Source: Candidatus Eremiobacteria bacterium
Lineage (GTDB): Bacteria; Vulcanimicrobiota; Vulcanimicrobiia; Vulcanimicrobiales; Vulcanimicrobiaceae
Reading direction: 5' to 3'
DNA: 64,000 nucleotides
Assembly (NCBI GenBank): GCA_963737065.1
Contig: CAVTRC010000001.1
Span: 1,248,001 to 1,312,000, forward strand
Part shown: piece by piece, positions 40,157 to 48,972 of the stretch
Position numbering within the stretch: position 1 is the first letter of the stretch
Layout of the letters: every line of letters starts with the position of its first letter
Translations under genes and position numbers: made by a program
The notes under the pieces: generated by a model
Databases searched by the model: none
The model's input: only the letters and a program-made list of their open reading frames with translations
Told to the model about the DNA's origin: nothing

Positions 40157-40614
40157 ATATCCCGACCTGGGGTGGATTCGTATACCTCGCAATTGTGCTC
40201 GATGCTTACAGTCGTCGAGTCGTCGGCTGGGCACCTGCTAATCACTTACGCACCGAACTTGTTCTGCAAGCGCTCAACTCAGCAATCTATCGGCGACGGC
40301 CGGAAAACGTTATCCATCACTCGGATCAAGGCTGCCAATACACCTCAATCGCCTTCGGCCTGCGGTGTCGCGAAGCCAAGGTACGCCCGTCGATGGGTTC
40401 AGTCGGTGATGCATACGATAACGCGATGTGCGAGAGTTTCAACGCAACGCTCGAATGCGAACTACTTGCGCGAAGTTCGTTCAAAAGCCAGCGTGAAGCT
40501 GAACAAGCGATCTTCGCGTATATCGAGGGTTTCTACAACCCGCATCGCCGGCATTCCGCAATCGGGTATCTCTCACCGAACAACTTCGAGCGCCGCATGA
40601 GTCATGCCGCTTGA
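40157..40614 (+). pseudogene. IS3 OrfB, 3' part (YIPTW...)
   Basis: 'YLAIVLDAYSRRVVGW', 'HHSDQGCQYTS', 'DNAMCESFNATLECE', 'FYNPHRRHSAIGYLSP'. Confidence 0.93.
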
Positions 40615-40720
40615 TGTCCAAGTCGCATTTCTCCGCGAAAGCGGGTCAACTCCAGTGGGCATCGGGCGGCGTTGTTGGTCAGCAAACCAATTACACCAAC
40701 GAAGGGGCGCTAGTTAAGGG

Positions 40721-41299
40721 ATGTTAGTTCTCGTTTTTCCGTTTATTCTCGCAACGCAACTACTTGCGCAAGCTACTCCAGAACCGTGGGCACATTACGA
40801 ATTGGCAGGAAGCTCCCTTAGGCAATTCGCTGCCAGCTATGACGCAGAAGTGCGCGGCAAGGAATCGCAATTTGCTGGTACAATCGTCCGCATCTCTAAA
40901 CTTGTTGACGGCGGAAGTCAGGTGACATTCGAGCGAAAAACCGGACAGCCAATGGGCTTTCGAGTTACGCCGGATAATAAGGTCGTTGCTGCATCTGCGT
41001 TGCAAGAATCAAATACAGAAGGCGTCCCGTTTGCGGACGCCCGCGCTATGGCGATCACCTACGACGCCTGGAAGGCGGGTCAAGTTAAAATTCCAGAGTC
41101 GGCCGCTGCGTTCAACGCAGATCGGTTCAGCGTCAGCGAACGCGGAATATTCAATTATCCCACGGGCTTGCCCGGATACTACGTAACATTCCAGCCCATC
41201 GGCAACGTCCCAAAAGTGGGGCGGGGGTGTCCTCCAACCCGAAACTATCGAGTCGATCCGAACACGTGGCAGGTGACCGAAGAACCAATTATTTGCTAA
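40721..41299 (+). CDS. Secreted hypothetical protein
   Basis: Signal-peptide-like N-terminus, 192 aa, visibly more AT-rich than core genes, two C-terminal Cys. Confidence 0.7.
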   Translation: MLVLVFPFILATQLLAQATPEPWAHYELAGSSLRQFAASYDAEVRGKESQFAGTIVRISKLVDGGSQVTFERKTGQPMGFRVTPDNKVVAASALQESNTEGVPFADARAMAITYDAWKAGQVKIPESAAAFNADRFSVSERGIFNYPTGLPGYYVTFQPIGNVPKVGRGCPPTRNYRVDPNTWQVTEEPIIC

Positions 41300-42083
41300 G
41301 CATCCGTGCCGCGCCAAGAACGCTGCTCGCGGATTCGCTTCGCGCTCGCACTATTTTATCGGCGCATCCGCCCGCAAAAACGCTGCGCAAGATATTGGCG
41401 AACAGCAAGCGATGTCGCCGTCTACGGAAGAACGCGGCGAATCCGGTTTCGCTTTTTCATTGATCTGCGTATGAGAGGGACGGCGTCAACGTCTGGAAGC
41501 GATTCGCACACGATGCGGAACGCGCGTCGGCGAAACCACATTTCGGTGTTGAAGCCTACGTGATCGAGAAGCAGAAACCGCCCAAATTCGACGTCGCGCT
41601 CAGGGCAGACTCCGTGTAGGCCGGTATCGCACGTGGATGCCGTCCAACCGCGAAAACACGTCAGCGCGGACCCTTGCCAACGGAAGAAGCACGGTAGAGG
41701 CGAACGGAAAGCTGTGCCGCCGAAAACGTCGTAGCGTAGTGGTTTTGCATAATGAACGGCTTCGCCTCGCCCTGCGCAAGGACGTCGACGCCGAACGCGG
41801 GCGAACGACCGAGTCCCGGGCAGTCGATCGGTCGTGGGCGCGGTCGTGCTGAACATGATCAACGACTGCGCGGAACGCGCTTTACCGACGAGAGGCCGAC
41901 AGACAGTGCCCCCGACACTCACGCGCTTGGTCGCGCGACCTACGTGACGCGCAATCCGGACAACCCCCGGCTGCAAAGTCGGCACTCGCCGCGTGCGCGT
42001 GACTTTCTTTGTAGCGCCCAGCAGACGGCGACCGTACAATGCGTGGTAAAAGGTCGAAGTTCACCCATCGGAGAGTGCGAGTT

Positions 42084-42761
42084 TTGTCGAAAGAGGCTGC
42101 CGCGGGCCCACCAGGCGCCCAGCGTAAGATTTACAGTGCGTACGACGAGCCCGGAACAGCGCGAGAAATTAGCCGCCGTCAGTTCATGGCGAATGCGACG
42201 CTGGCCGTGGGCGGCCTCGTCGGCCTTGGTCTAGCGATTCCCATCATCGGATCGCTTATCCCGAAAGGAGGCAGCGGCACGGGAAATTGGGCGCCGCTCA
42301 ATCCCGATGAAGTCAAACAGTTGCAAGATGCGACGTCGAAACCGCTCAAGCTGACGTTCGCGCTGAAATCGAAAGATTCGTATCTGCCGGAGCAGTCCAC
42401 CGAAGAGTACGTGTGGGGCATCAAAGTCACCGATCCGGACAAGTTCAAATCAGCTCGCCCCGACCTCTTCAAGCACGGCGACAATACATTGCCGTACGAC
42501 GTCATCACGATGAGCTTTGTGATCTTCAGCCCGATCTGCCCGCACCTCGGATGCCGCCCGGTGTGGAATGGTGACGCTTCGCGATTCCAATGCCCGTGCC
42601 ACGGTTCGCAGTTCAACTTCGACGGCGAACATCTCGCCGGACCGGCGCCGCGCGGCATGGATCCCCTTCCGTTCAAGGAGCAAAGCGGCACGGCGGACGT
42701 GATGTGGATACGGTATCAATCCGGCGTTCCGGACCGCATCGTCATCTCGTATCAGTCGTAA
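42084..42761 (+). CDS. qcrA: Rieske iron-sulfur subunit of a quinol:cytochrome c reductase
   Basis: Tat motif 'ISRRQF', 'CPHLGC', 'CPCHGSQF', 'GPAPR'; start uncertain (42039 or 42084). Confidence 0.92.
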   Translation: MSKEAAAGPPGAQRKIYSAYDEPGTAREISRRQFMANATLAVGGLVGLGLAIPIIGSLIPKGGSGTGNWAPLNPDEVKQLQDATSKPLKLTFALKSKDSYLPEQSTEEYVWGIKVTDPDKFKSARPDLFKHGDNTLPYDVITMSFVIFSPICPHLGCRPVWNGDASRFQCPCHGSQFNFDGEHLAGPAPRGMDPLPFKEQSGTADVMWIRYQSGVPDRIVISYQS

Positions 42762-42778
42762 GGAAGGATCGCTCTCGA

Positions 42779-44311
42779 ATGCTCAATTGGATTGAAGCGC
42801 GTACCGGCTTCGTCTCGATGACGAAGGAGTTCCTTACGGAAGACGTTCCCGGCGGCGCGAGTTATTGGTATGTGTTCGGCAGCGCGACGCTCTTCGCGAT
42901 GATCGTGCAGATCGCGACCGGGATTTTTCTTACGTTCTTCTACGCACCATCGGCTGCGACCGCGTGGGAGTCGACGCGCGCGATCTATCTAAATCCGTAC
43001 ACGCACTTCTTGCTTTCGGTGCACTATTGGGGTGCATCGGCAATGATCGCACTCGTCTTCTTGCATCTGCTGCAAGTGTTGGTTTGGGGTGCGTACAAAT
43101 CGCCGCGCGAACTGCAGTGGATCGTCGGCGTCATACTGCTGGTCGTAACGCTCGTGCTCGGTTTGACCGGCTACTTGCTGCCGTGGGATATGGACGCGTA
43201 CTTCGCGTCGCAGGTTTCACTCAATATCGCCGGCCTTCCGCCCGGCGGCGGGATCTTGCAAAGCATCGCGCAGGGCGGCGGCACGATGGGCACCGATACG
43301 ATCAATCGTTTCTTCGGTCTACACGTATGGCTGATGCCGGCCGTGCTCGTTTTACTCGTCGGCGCCCATCTGGCGATTTTCCGCCACAACGGCTCGGCGG
43401 GACCGGTTGTCGACGATCCGCGCAAACTGCGTCCTGGGCGTTTCTGGCCGGATCAGATGTTCATGGACGCCGTCGCATCCTTCGTCGTCTTTTTGATCAT
43501 CATCGCGCTCTCGTTCGCTGCACCGCCCTTCCTCGACGCGAAAGCGGACCCGACGAACGCGGCGTTCGTGCCCTACCCGGCGTGGTATTTCTTGTTCCTC
43601 TTCGGACTGTTGAACTTCGTGCCGGTGTTGCTGCAGGGCAGCCACATTCCGTTCCTCGTTTCGCAAGCGAACGCGCCGTGGGTGGAACTCTTCGCCGCAA
43701 TCGTTGTGCCGACCATCGGCGGACTCGTCGTCCTGTTGCTCCCGTGGCTCGACCGCAGCACGGTGCGCTCGTTCCGCGCGCGCCCGGCCATCCTATGGAC
43801 GACGTTGGTCGTGATCGTCTGCATCGTCGCGCTTTCGTTCTACGCGCAAGCGACGATACAAGCGCACATTGCCGCATCCGGCATCACGCCGCAGACGGAA
43901 GCGCAAGTCCTCGCCGCGCCGGCTTCAAATGAAGGCGGCACGTCAAACGGCACCGGCGCAACGGTCGGCGCACCGGGCGGTTCGAGCGCTGCGAGCCCGC
44001 AGGTCGCTGCGGGACAACAAGTATTCTCGCAAAACTGCTCGACGTGTCACGGCGCAAACGGTCAAGGCCAACCCGGCGTCGCACCGCCGCTTTCCAAGAA
44101 TCCGTTCGTGACCGGTGATCCCAACGCCATCATCAACGTCGTGAAAAACGGACTGCACGGACAAACGGTGATGGGTCAAACGTATGGTGCACCGATGCCC
44201 GCGTGGAAGTCGTCGCTCTCGAAAAAGGACATCGCCAACGTCATCACGTTCATTCGCGGCGGCCTACCGGGCAACAGCGCAAGCGCGGTCAAGGAATCGG
44301 ACGTCAAATAA
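42779..44311 (+). CDS. qcrB: Cytochrome b (unsplit) fused to a C-terminal monoheme cytochrome c
   Basis: 'VHYWGAS...LHLL', 'TGYLLPWD', 'RFFGLHVW...AHL', 'PAWYF', C-terminal 'CSTCH...MPAW'. Confidence 0.92.
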   Translation: MLNWIEARTGFVSMTKEFLTEDVPGGASYWYVFGSATLFAMIVQIATGIFLTFFYAPSAATAWESTRAIYLNPYTHFLLSVHYWGASAMIALVFLHLLQVLVWGAYKSPRELQWIVGVILLVVTLVLGLTGYLLPWDMDAYFASQVSLNIAGLPPGGGILQSIAQGGGTMGTDTINRFFGLHVWLMPAVLVLLVGAHLAIFRHNGSAGPVVDDPRKLRPGRFWPDQMFMDAVASFVVFLIIIALSFAAPPFLDAKADPTNAAFVPYPAWYFLFLFGLLNFVPVLLQGSHIPFLVSQANAPWVELFAAIVVPTIGGLVVLLLPWLDRSTVRSFRARPAILWTTLVVIVCIVALSFYAQATIQAHIAASGITPQTEAQVLAAPASNEGGTSNGTGATVGAPGGSSAASPQVAAGQQVFSQNCSTCHGANGQGQPGVAPPLSKNPFVTGDPNAIINVVKNGLHGQTVMGQTYGAPMPAWKSSLSKKDIANVITFIRGGLPGNSASAVKESDVK

Positions 44312-44367
44312 CAACGGAATATCAAACCGTCGACGGTCGAATGCGCGCATGTCGCAACTGCGCGCGT

Positions 44368-47300
44368 TTATTGTGAGGCGCTTTTCGTGGGCGCGCCGTT
44401 GGTCGCGATCGCCGTACCGCTCGAGCTAATGTTGCCGCATCGTCGTAAAGCGCCAGGACGCGGCTCGTGCATCGAGACGAAGACAATCGGAACGACGAAA
44501 AGCGTAAGGAGCAATGAACTGGTTAGGCCGCCGATTACAACGGTTCCGAGCGCTTGACGATACTCCGCGCCGGCAGTGTGACCGAGCGCAAGCGGCAGCA
44601 TTCCGCCGACCATCGCCGTCGTCGTCATAACGATCGGGCGGAAACGACGTCGCGCCGCTGTTTGAATCGCTTCGAGCGGAGGCATTCCCGAGCGCACCGC
44701 ACGCTCCGCAAACTCGACGAGTAAGATGCCGTTCTTCGCGACGAGCCCGACGAGCATGACTACGCCGAGCATCGAGTAGAGATTCAGCGGCTGACCGACA
44801 ACCCATAACGCGCCGAACGCACCGATGATAGCGAGCGGGACCGTCGCCATGACGACGAGCGGTACCGTGTAGCTGCGATACAATACGGCTAGTACCGCGT
44901 ACGAGAGCAACACCGAGAGGCCGAAGGCGCGGCCCATGGCTGAAACTGCATCGATGAACTGCTCGATGTCGCCGCGCGGCTGCAGAAAAGCGCCCGGCGG
45001 CAGTGCGGCGGGCAACCTCGTCGCAAGATCGCGAACGACGCTTCCGACCGGCGCTCCGTCACGCGCGTTTGCCGTAACCGTGACGATGCGCGCGCGATTC
45101 TCACGATGGATGACGAGCGGTTCCGAGTGCACCACCTCGGTCAGCACATCCGCAAGCGGAACCAAAATTCCGCTTTGGCTACGCACGAACGTCGACGAGA
45201 ACGCCGGCGTGCGGTTTCGCACGTCGACGTCGATCAAGCCGTCATCGGTGCGCACCCGCGTCGCCAAGGCGCCTGCAGTTGCGATGCGCGCCGTTTGCGC
45301 CGCGTCATCCCCGTTGACGTTCAGCACGTCGGCGCGACCCTCGTCGACGCGCCAATCGACGTTCTCAACGCTGCCGACGTCGCTCCGGCGCACGTCGTCG
45401 GCGCGGGGGTTCTCGCGCAGCAACTGCGCGACGTTCCCCGCCGCAACCGACAGCGCAGGTTCACTGCCGGCGATTTGGAACGCGATGGGCGCGGTTCCGC
45501 CCATGCCGCGTCCGCTCTGGAGAATCGTTGCGCCCGGGACCGCGGCCCCCAAGGATTTCGCAAACCGGGCAATCGCGATGCCATCCGACGTCTGATCGCG
45601 CAGTTCGATACCGATTTCTGCAACATTGCTTGCGAGCACGTCGGTCGTTCCATCAAAGGCGCGTCCCGCGGTCGTTACAACGTCGGCGACGGCGCCATTC
45701 TGTAATGTCTGCGACGCAAACACCCGTGCGCCGTCTTGCGTGCGCTGCAACGCCGTGCCCGCGGGGTACGTCAGATCGATCGTCACCTCGCCGCGTCCGG
45801 CAGGCGGCGAAAATTCCGTCGCAACGCTTCCATTGGCAACCGGTACGCACGAGACGAATGTCGCGAGGATCGAACCCGCGATTACCAGCCTCCGATGCCG
45901 CCACGAGGCGGGCAACCACACGTCGGCATAGCGGTGTGCTATCGCCGTTTCGGTGCGTGCGAACGACGACAGTGCGTGCGATACGGCGTTGCGCGCGGCA
46001 TACAATGGTCCAACGCGCATTGTCCACGGTAGGCGTTTCGGTACGCGAATACTGCACGCCCAGCGCGCACAGAGCAGCGGCGCAAGCGTAAACGAGACGA
46101 GCAGCGAGAACGCGGTTGCGATGACGATCACCGCCGCGAACTCACGCATGAATTCGCCCACGATTCCGCCCATAGCGGCAATCGGAGCAAACACCGCGAC
46201 GTCGACGAGCGTGATCGCAATCGTCGCCCCGCCGAGTTCCGCCCGCCCGGCGAGCGCCGCATCCTCTCCGCTCGCGCCGCGTTCCATTGCCCGGGTAATC
46301 GCTTCGATGATCACGATTGAGTCGTCGACCAGGATGCCTACGATCATCGCCAAGCCCATGAGCGAAAGGACGTTCACCGAAAATCCGAACGCGCGCATCA
46401 TCACGAATGTGGCCAGTATCGAGGATGGAATCGCAAGCGCGGCCACGACCGCAGTTCGCCACGCGTGCAAAAACACGAGCATCGTGAGGAGCGTCAACCC
46501 GATGCCCTCGAGGAGCGTCTGCTGGACGCCGGCAACCGCCGCATCCGTGAACGGCTGATCGCTGTGATATTCTTCGATGCGAACGAGCGGAATCGTTTCC
46601 CGCAGTTGCGCGACGGTTCGGCGTACGGAGCCGATTGTGGCTCCGGCTTGCGCTCCGTCTGCGCTCGTGACATAGAGCAATACGGCATCATCGCCGTCGA
46701 ACGTCGAACGCGTCACCGGATCGGCGAAGCCATCGATGACGTCGGCAATTTCGCGAAGCCGTAACGCAGAGGCTGGAAGCTCAACCGTGCGCGCGCCGAC
46801 ATCCGAAGCGGTGCGCGAATCGTCACGCACGTTGACGAGACTCTGCGATGCGCCCGTAACAACCGTTCCTCCCGGATAAAGCGTCGCGGCACCCTGCGTT
46901 GCGCGCAAGACGTCCAACGGCGTTCCGCCGAGAGCTTGCAACGCTTGCGCTCGCGGCATGACGGTAAACGTTCGTTGCGGCTCGCCGTCGACGCGCACGG
47001 TACCGACTCCGGACGTTGTTCGAAGCGCAGGGAGAATCGTCCGATCCAACTGTATCGTCAGCGACCGGAGATCGAGCGCTGCGGACGAGACCGCGAGTTC
47101 GATGACCGGGCGCTGCGATGCATCATCCCGCGTTACGAGCGGCGGCAAAAGATCCGCCGGCAGCTTCACGCGCGCCGCATCCACCGCTTCCTGCACATCG
47201 GACTGCGCGCTTTGCAGCGAAACACCGAAGTGGAAGCGTACCGTCACTTCCGCGAACCCGCTTTGCGTCGATGCCGTGACTCGATCGACGCCGGAGAGTC

Positions 47301-47517
47301 CGTCGAGCGCGTCTTCGAGCGGCTCGATGACGAGGCGTTCCATCTCAGCGGGACTCGCCCCGGGATAGGCTGACGAAACGACGATGCTCGGAAAAGCGAC
47401 GTCGGGCAAAACGCTTCGTCCGAGCAGCGCAAACGAGATCGCGCCCAGGATAGCAACCGCGAGATAAAACAGCGTCACGGCAACCGGATGTTCGAGCGAC
47501 GCGCGCGTGAGCCACAT
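44368..47517 (-). CDS. RND efflux permease (AcrB/AcrD/AcrF family)
   Basis: 1049 aa; 'YPGASPAEME', 'GILVDDSIV', 'VAKNGILLVEF', 'RFRPIVMTT'. Confidence 0.92.
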   Translation of the reverse strand: MWLTRASLEHPVAVTLFYLAVAILGAISFALLGRSVLPDVAFPSIVVSSAYPGASPAEMERLVIEPLEDALDGLSGVDRVTASTQSGFAEVTVRFHFGVSLQSAQSDVQEAVDAARVKLPADLLPPLVTRDDASQRPVIELAVSSAALDLRSLTIQLDRTILPALRTTSGVGTVRVDGEPQRTFTVMPRAQALQALGGTPLDVLRATQGAATLYPGGTVVTGASQSLVNVRDDSRTASDVGARTVELPASALRLREIADVIDGFADPVTRSTFDGDDAVLLYVTSADGAQAGATIGSVRRTVAQLRETIPLVRIEEYHSDQPFTDAAVAGVQQTLLEGIGLTLLTMLVFLHAWRTAVVAALAIPSSILATFVMMRAFGFSVNVLSLMGLAMIVGILVDDSIVIIEAITRAMERGASGEDAALAGRAELGGATIAITLVDVAVFAPIAAMGGIVGEFMREFAAVIVIATAFSLLVSFTLAPLLCARWACSIRVPKRLPWTMRVGPLYAARNAVSHALSSFARTETAIAHRYADVWLPASWRHRRLVIAGSILATFVSCVPVANGSVATEFSPPAGRGEVTIDLTYPAGTALQRTQDGARVFASQTLQNGAVADVVTTAGRAFDGTTDVLASNVAEIGIELRDQTSDGIAIARFAKSLGAAVPGATILQSGRGMGGTAPIAFQIAGSEPALSVAAGNVAQLLRENPRADDVRRSDVGSVENVDWRVDEGRADVLNVNGDDAAQTARIATAGALATRVRTDDGLIDVDVRNRTPAFSSTFVRSQSGILVPLADVLTEVVHSEPLVIHRENRARIVTVTANARDGAPVGSVVRDLATRLPAALPPGAFLQPRGDIEQFIDAVSAMGRAFGLSVLLSYAVLAVLYRSYTVPLVVMATVPLAIIGAFGALWVVGQPLNLYSMLGVVMLVGLVAKNGILLVEFAERAVRSGMPPLEAIQTAARRRFRPIVMTTTAMVGGMLPLALGHTAGAEYRQALGTVVIGGLTSSLLLTLFVVPIVFVSMHEPRPGALRRCGNISSSGTAIATNGAPTKSASQ

Positions 47518-47640
47518 GATCGGTGAATACGCGCCCCCGTGCAGCGCGCTTTGTGGTTTGCACGGTCATTTACTTCGCATCGAACTATTATCGCGTTTAC
47601 GCATGCGCGGCGCGGCGGGTCTGTGCGCTACCGTTGCATC

Positions 47641-48006
47641 ATGAATACACTCCTTGTTGCAGCGGCGCTTGTCGCCCAAATGAATATGAGCGGCCCACCG
47701 GCCATGTCCGCCGCGGAGCTCGCGAAGACCTCAACGGGCGCGCAGTTGCACTTTGTGTTGCGCATCGACCGGATGCAGCGCACTACCGTCGTCGGACATG
47801 TGCTCGACCCGATCGGCGGCAATGACTACCACGTGAGCGCATCTGTAATTTCCGTCCACGTCGCGAACGATCTGCCGGTCGTGATGGGTTCGCATGACGA
47901 GCTCAGACCGGGCGCGGTCCTCTACGTCTACGGCGTCGCGACAAAACCGAGAGCCGCCGATGCAACCAAGCTCGTAATCATTACGCCGTACGTCAAGACG
48001 CAATAG
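47641..48006 (+). CDS. Secreted hypothetical protein
   Basis: Short signal-like N-terminus, beta-rich, several Met/His. Confidence 0.6.
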   Translation: MNTLLVAAALVAQMNMSGPPAMSAAELAKTSTGAQLHFVLRIDRMQRTTVVGHVLDPIGGNDYHVSASVISVHVANDLPVVMGSHDELRPGAVLYVYGVATKPRAADATKLVIITPYVKTQ

Positions 48007-48008
48007 CG

Positions 48009-48404
48009 ATGCTCGTTAGCGACGTAAGCGCGATAAGCGGATGGGCATCGATCGCAGCAATCGTCGCGGCGCTTGGCGCCGGCGTCGGTCTTCGCCGCGT
48101 GAAACGCGCACCTTCGCTCGTGCGCCGCATGCGTCCGCACTACGTCCTCGGCTACGCTGCGGTCGTCTTCGCGTCGATTCATACCATCCTGGCAACCTCG
48201 CTCGTGCGCGAAACGCCGAGTACCGGGATACGGTTCGCAACCGTCGCCTTTATCGCGCTCGGTGCGCAAACGTTCGTGGGAGCAAGTTTACAAGAGCCGG
48301 GCGCTTATCGGCGCGTGCTGCGCGCGTGGCATCTTTCGACGATCGCCGTACTCGCGCTTACGCTCGCCGTTCACGTTATGGTAAACGGCGCGTTTGCGAT
48401 GTAG
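48009..48404 (+). CDS. Small 4-TM protein with membrane His residues (cytochrome b-like)
   Basis: 'PHYVLG...SIH', 'WHL...AVH' spacing resembles bis-His heme ligation. Confidence 0.55.
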   Translation: MLVSDVSAISGWASIAAIVAALGAGVGLRRVKRAPSLVRRMRPHYVLGYAAVVFASIHTILATSLVRETPSTGIRFATVAFIALGAQTFVGASLQEPGAYRRVLRAWHLSTIAVLALTLAVHVMVNGAFAM

Positions 48405-48972
48405 CCTCGTCATCCGTCGTCCATCCCGGCTTCCATTTCGAGTTCTGCAGGTTCGCAATCGCGGTCTTTGTCCACGCGATATCCGCCTGCACACGGTTTG
48501 TTGCATGCGTCATCGCGAGCAGGGCGGCTGCTCCACGATCCTCCGGTTTCCCATATAAGCGCAAGAGCCGCTTTTCGTGTGCCGTGAGCGCGGCGAGGCG
48601 TTGCGTCAAGAACGCGCGAGCATCTTCGCGTGGAAACTGTCCGAGCAGCACGCAGGCCACTTCGAACGTGGCGTCCGGAATTTGGGGATCGTTAAAGACG
48701 GCTGCCATTACGCTATCGAAGCGCCTGCGGCCGTTCGGCGCTACCTGGTAGACCGTTTTTGTTTTTCGGGGTCCGCGCGCTGCGGCTTCCGAGCGGGCGA
48801 CGATCATCCCGTTCGCCTCGAGCTGCGCGAGCTGTTCGTAGATATTTCCGCGTGCAAGCGCGCGATAAAGCGGCCCATGCATCTTCACCGCGCGCGTGAG
48901 GTCGTATGCGGAGAGCGGCCCGCGTCGCAGAATACCGAGAACGAGCAGTTCCCGTCCAGCATCAAGTGCCAT
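48376..48972 (-). CDS. PadR-family transcriptional regulator
   Basis: 'VLGILRRGPLSAYDL', 'IYEQLAQLEANGMI', 'KTVYQVAPNGR'. Confidence 0.88.
   Translation of the reverse strand: MALDAGRELLVLGILRRGPLSAYDLTRAVKMHGPLYRALARGNIYEQLAQLEANGMIVARSEAAARGPRKTKTVYQVAPNGRRRFDSVMAAVFNDPQIPDATFEVACVLLGQFPREDARAFLTQRLAALTAHEKRLLRLYGKPEDRGAAALLAMTHATNRVQADIAWTKTAIANLQNSKWKPGWTTDDEATSQTRRLP

Larger units (their letters stand above)
38182..40654 (+). mobile_element. IS3-family insertion sequence (1,251 bp without the nested IS110), interrupted
   Basis: Terminal IRs TGGAGTTGACCCGCTTCCGTGGAGA (38182-38206) and TCTCCGCGAAAGCGGGTCAACTCCA (40630-40654), 23/25 match, TG...CA ends; orfA/orfB inside; no target duplication visible. 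Confidence 0.95.

Noticed and set aside
41685..41730. 'GTAGAGGCG...GAAAG...CGCCGAA' resembling a lysine riboswitch, and 'CGGAAGAAGCA' just upstream resembling SRP RNA
   Set aside because: Spacing is far too short for the lysine riboswitch P2 arm, and the SRP domain IV consensus is not met.
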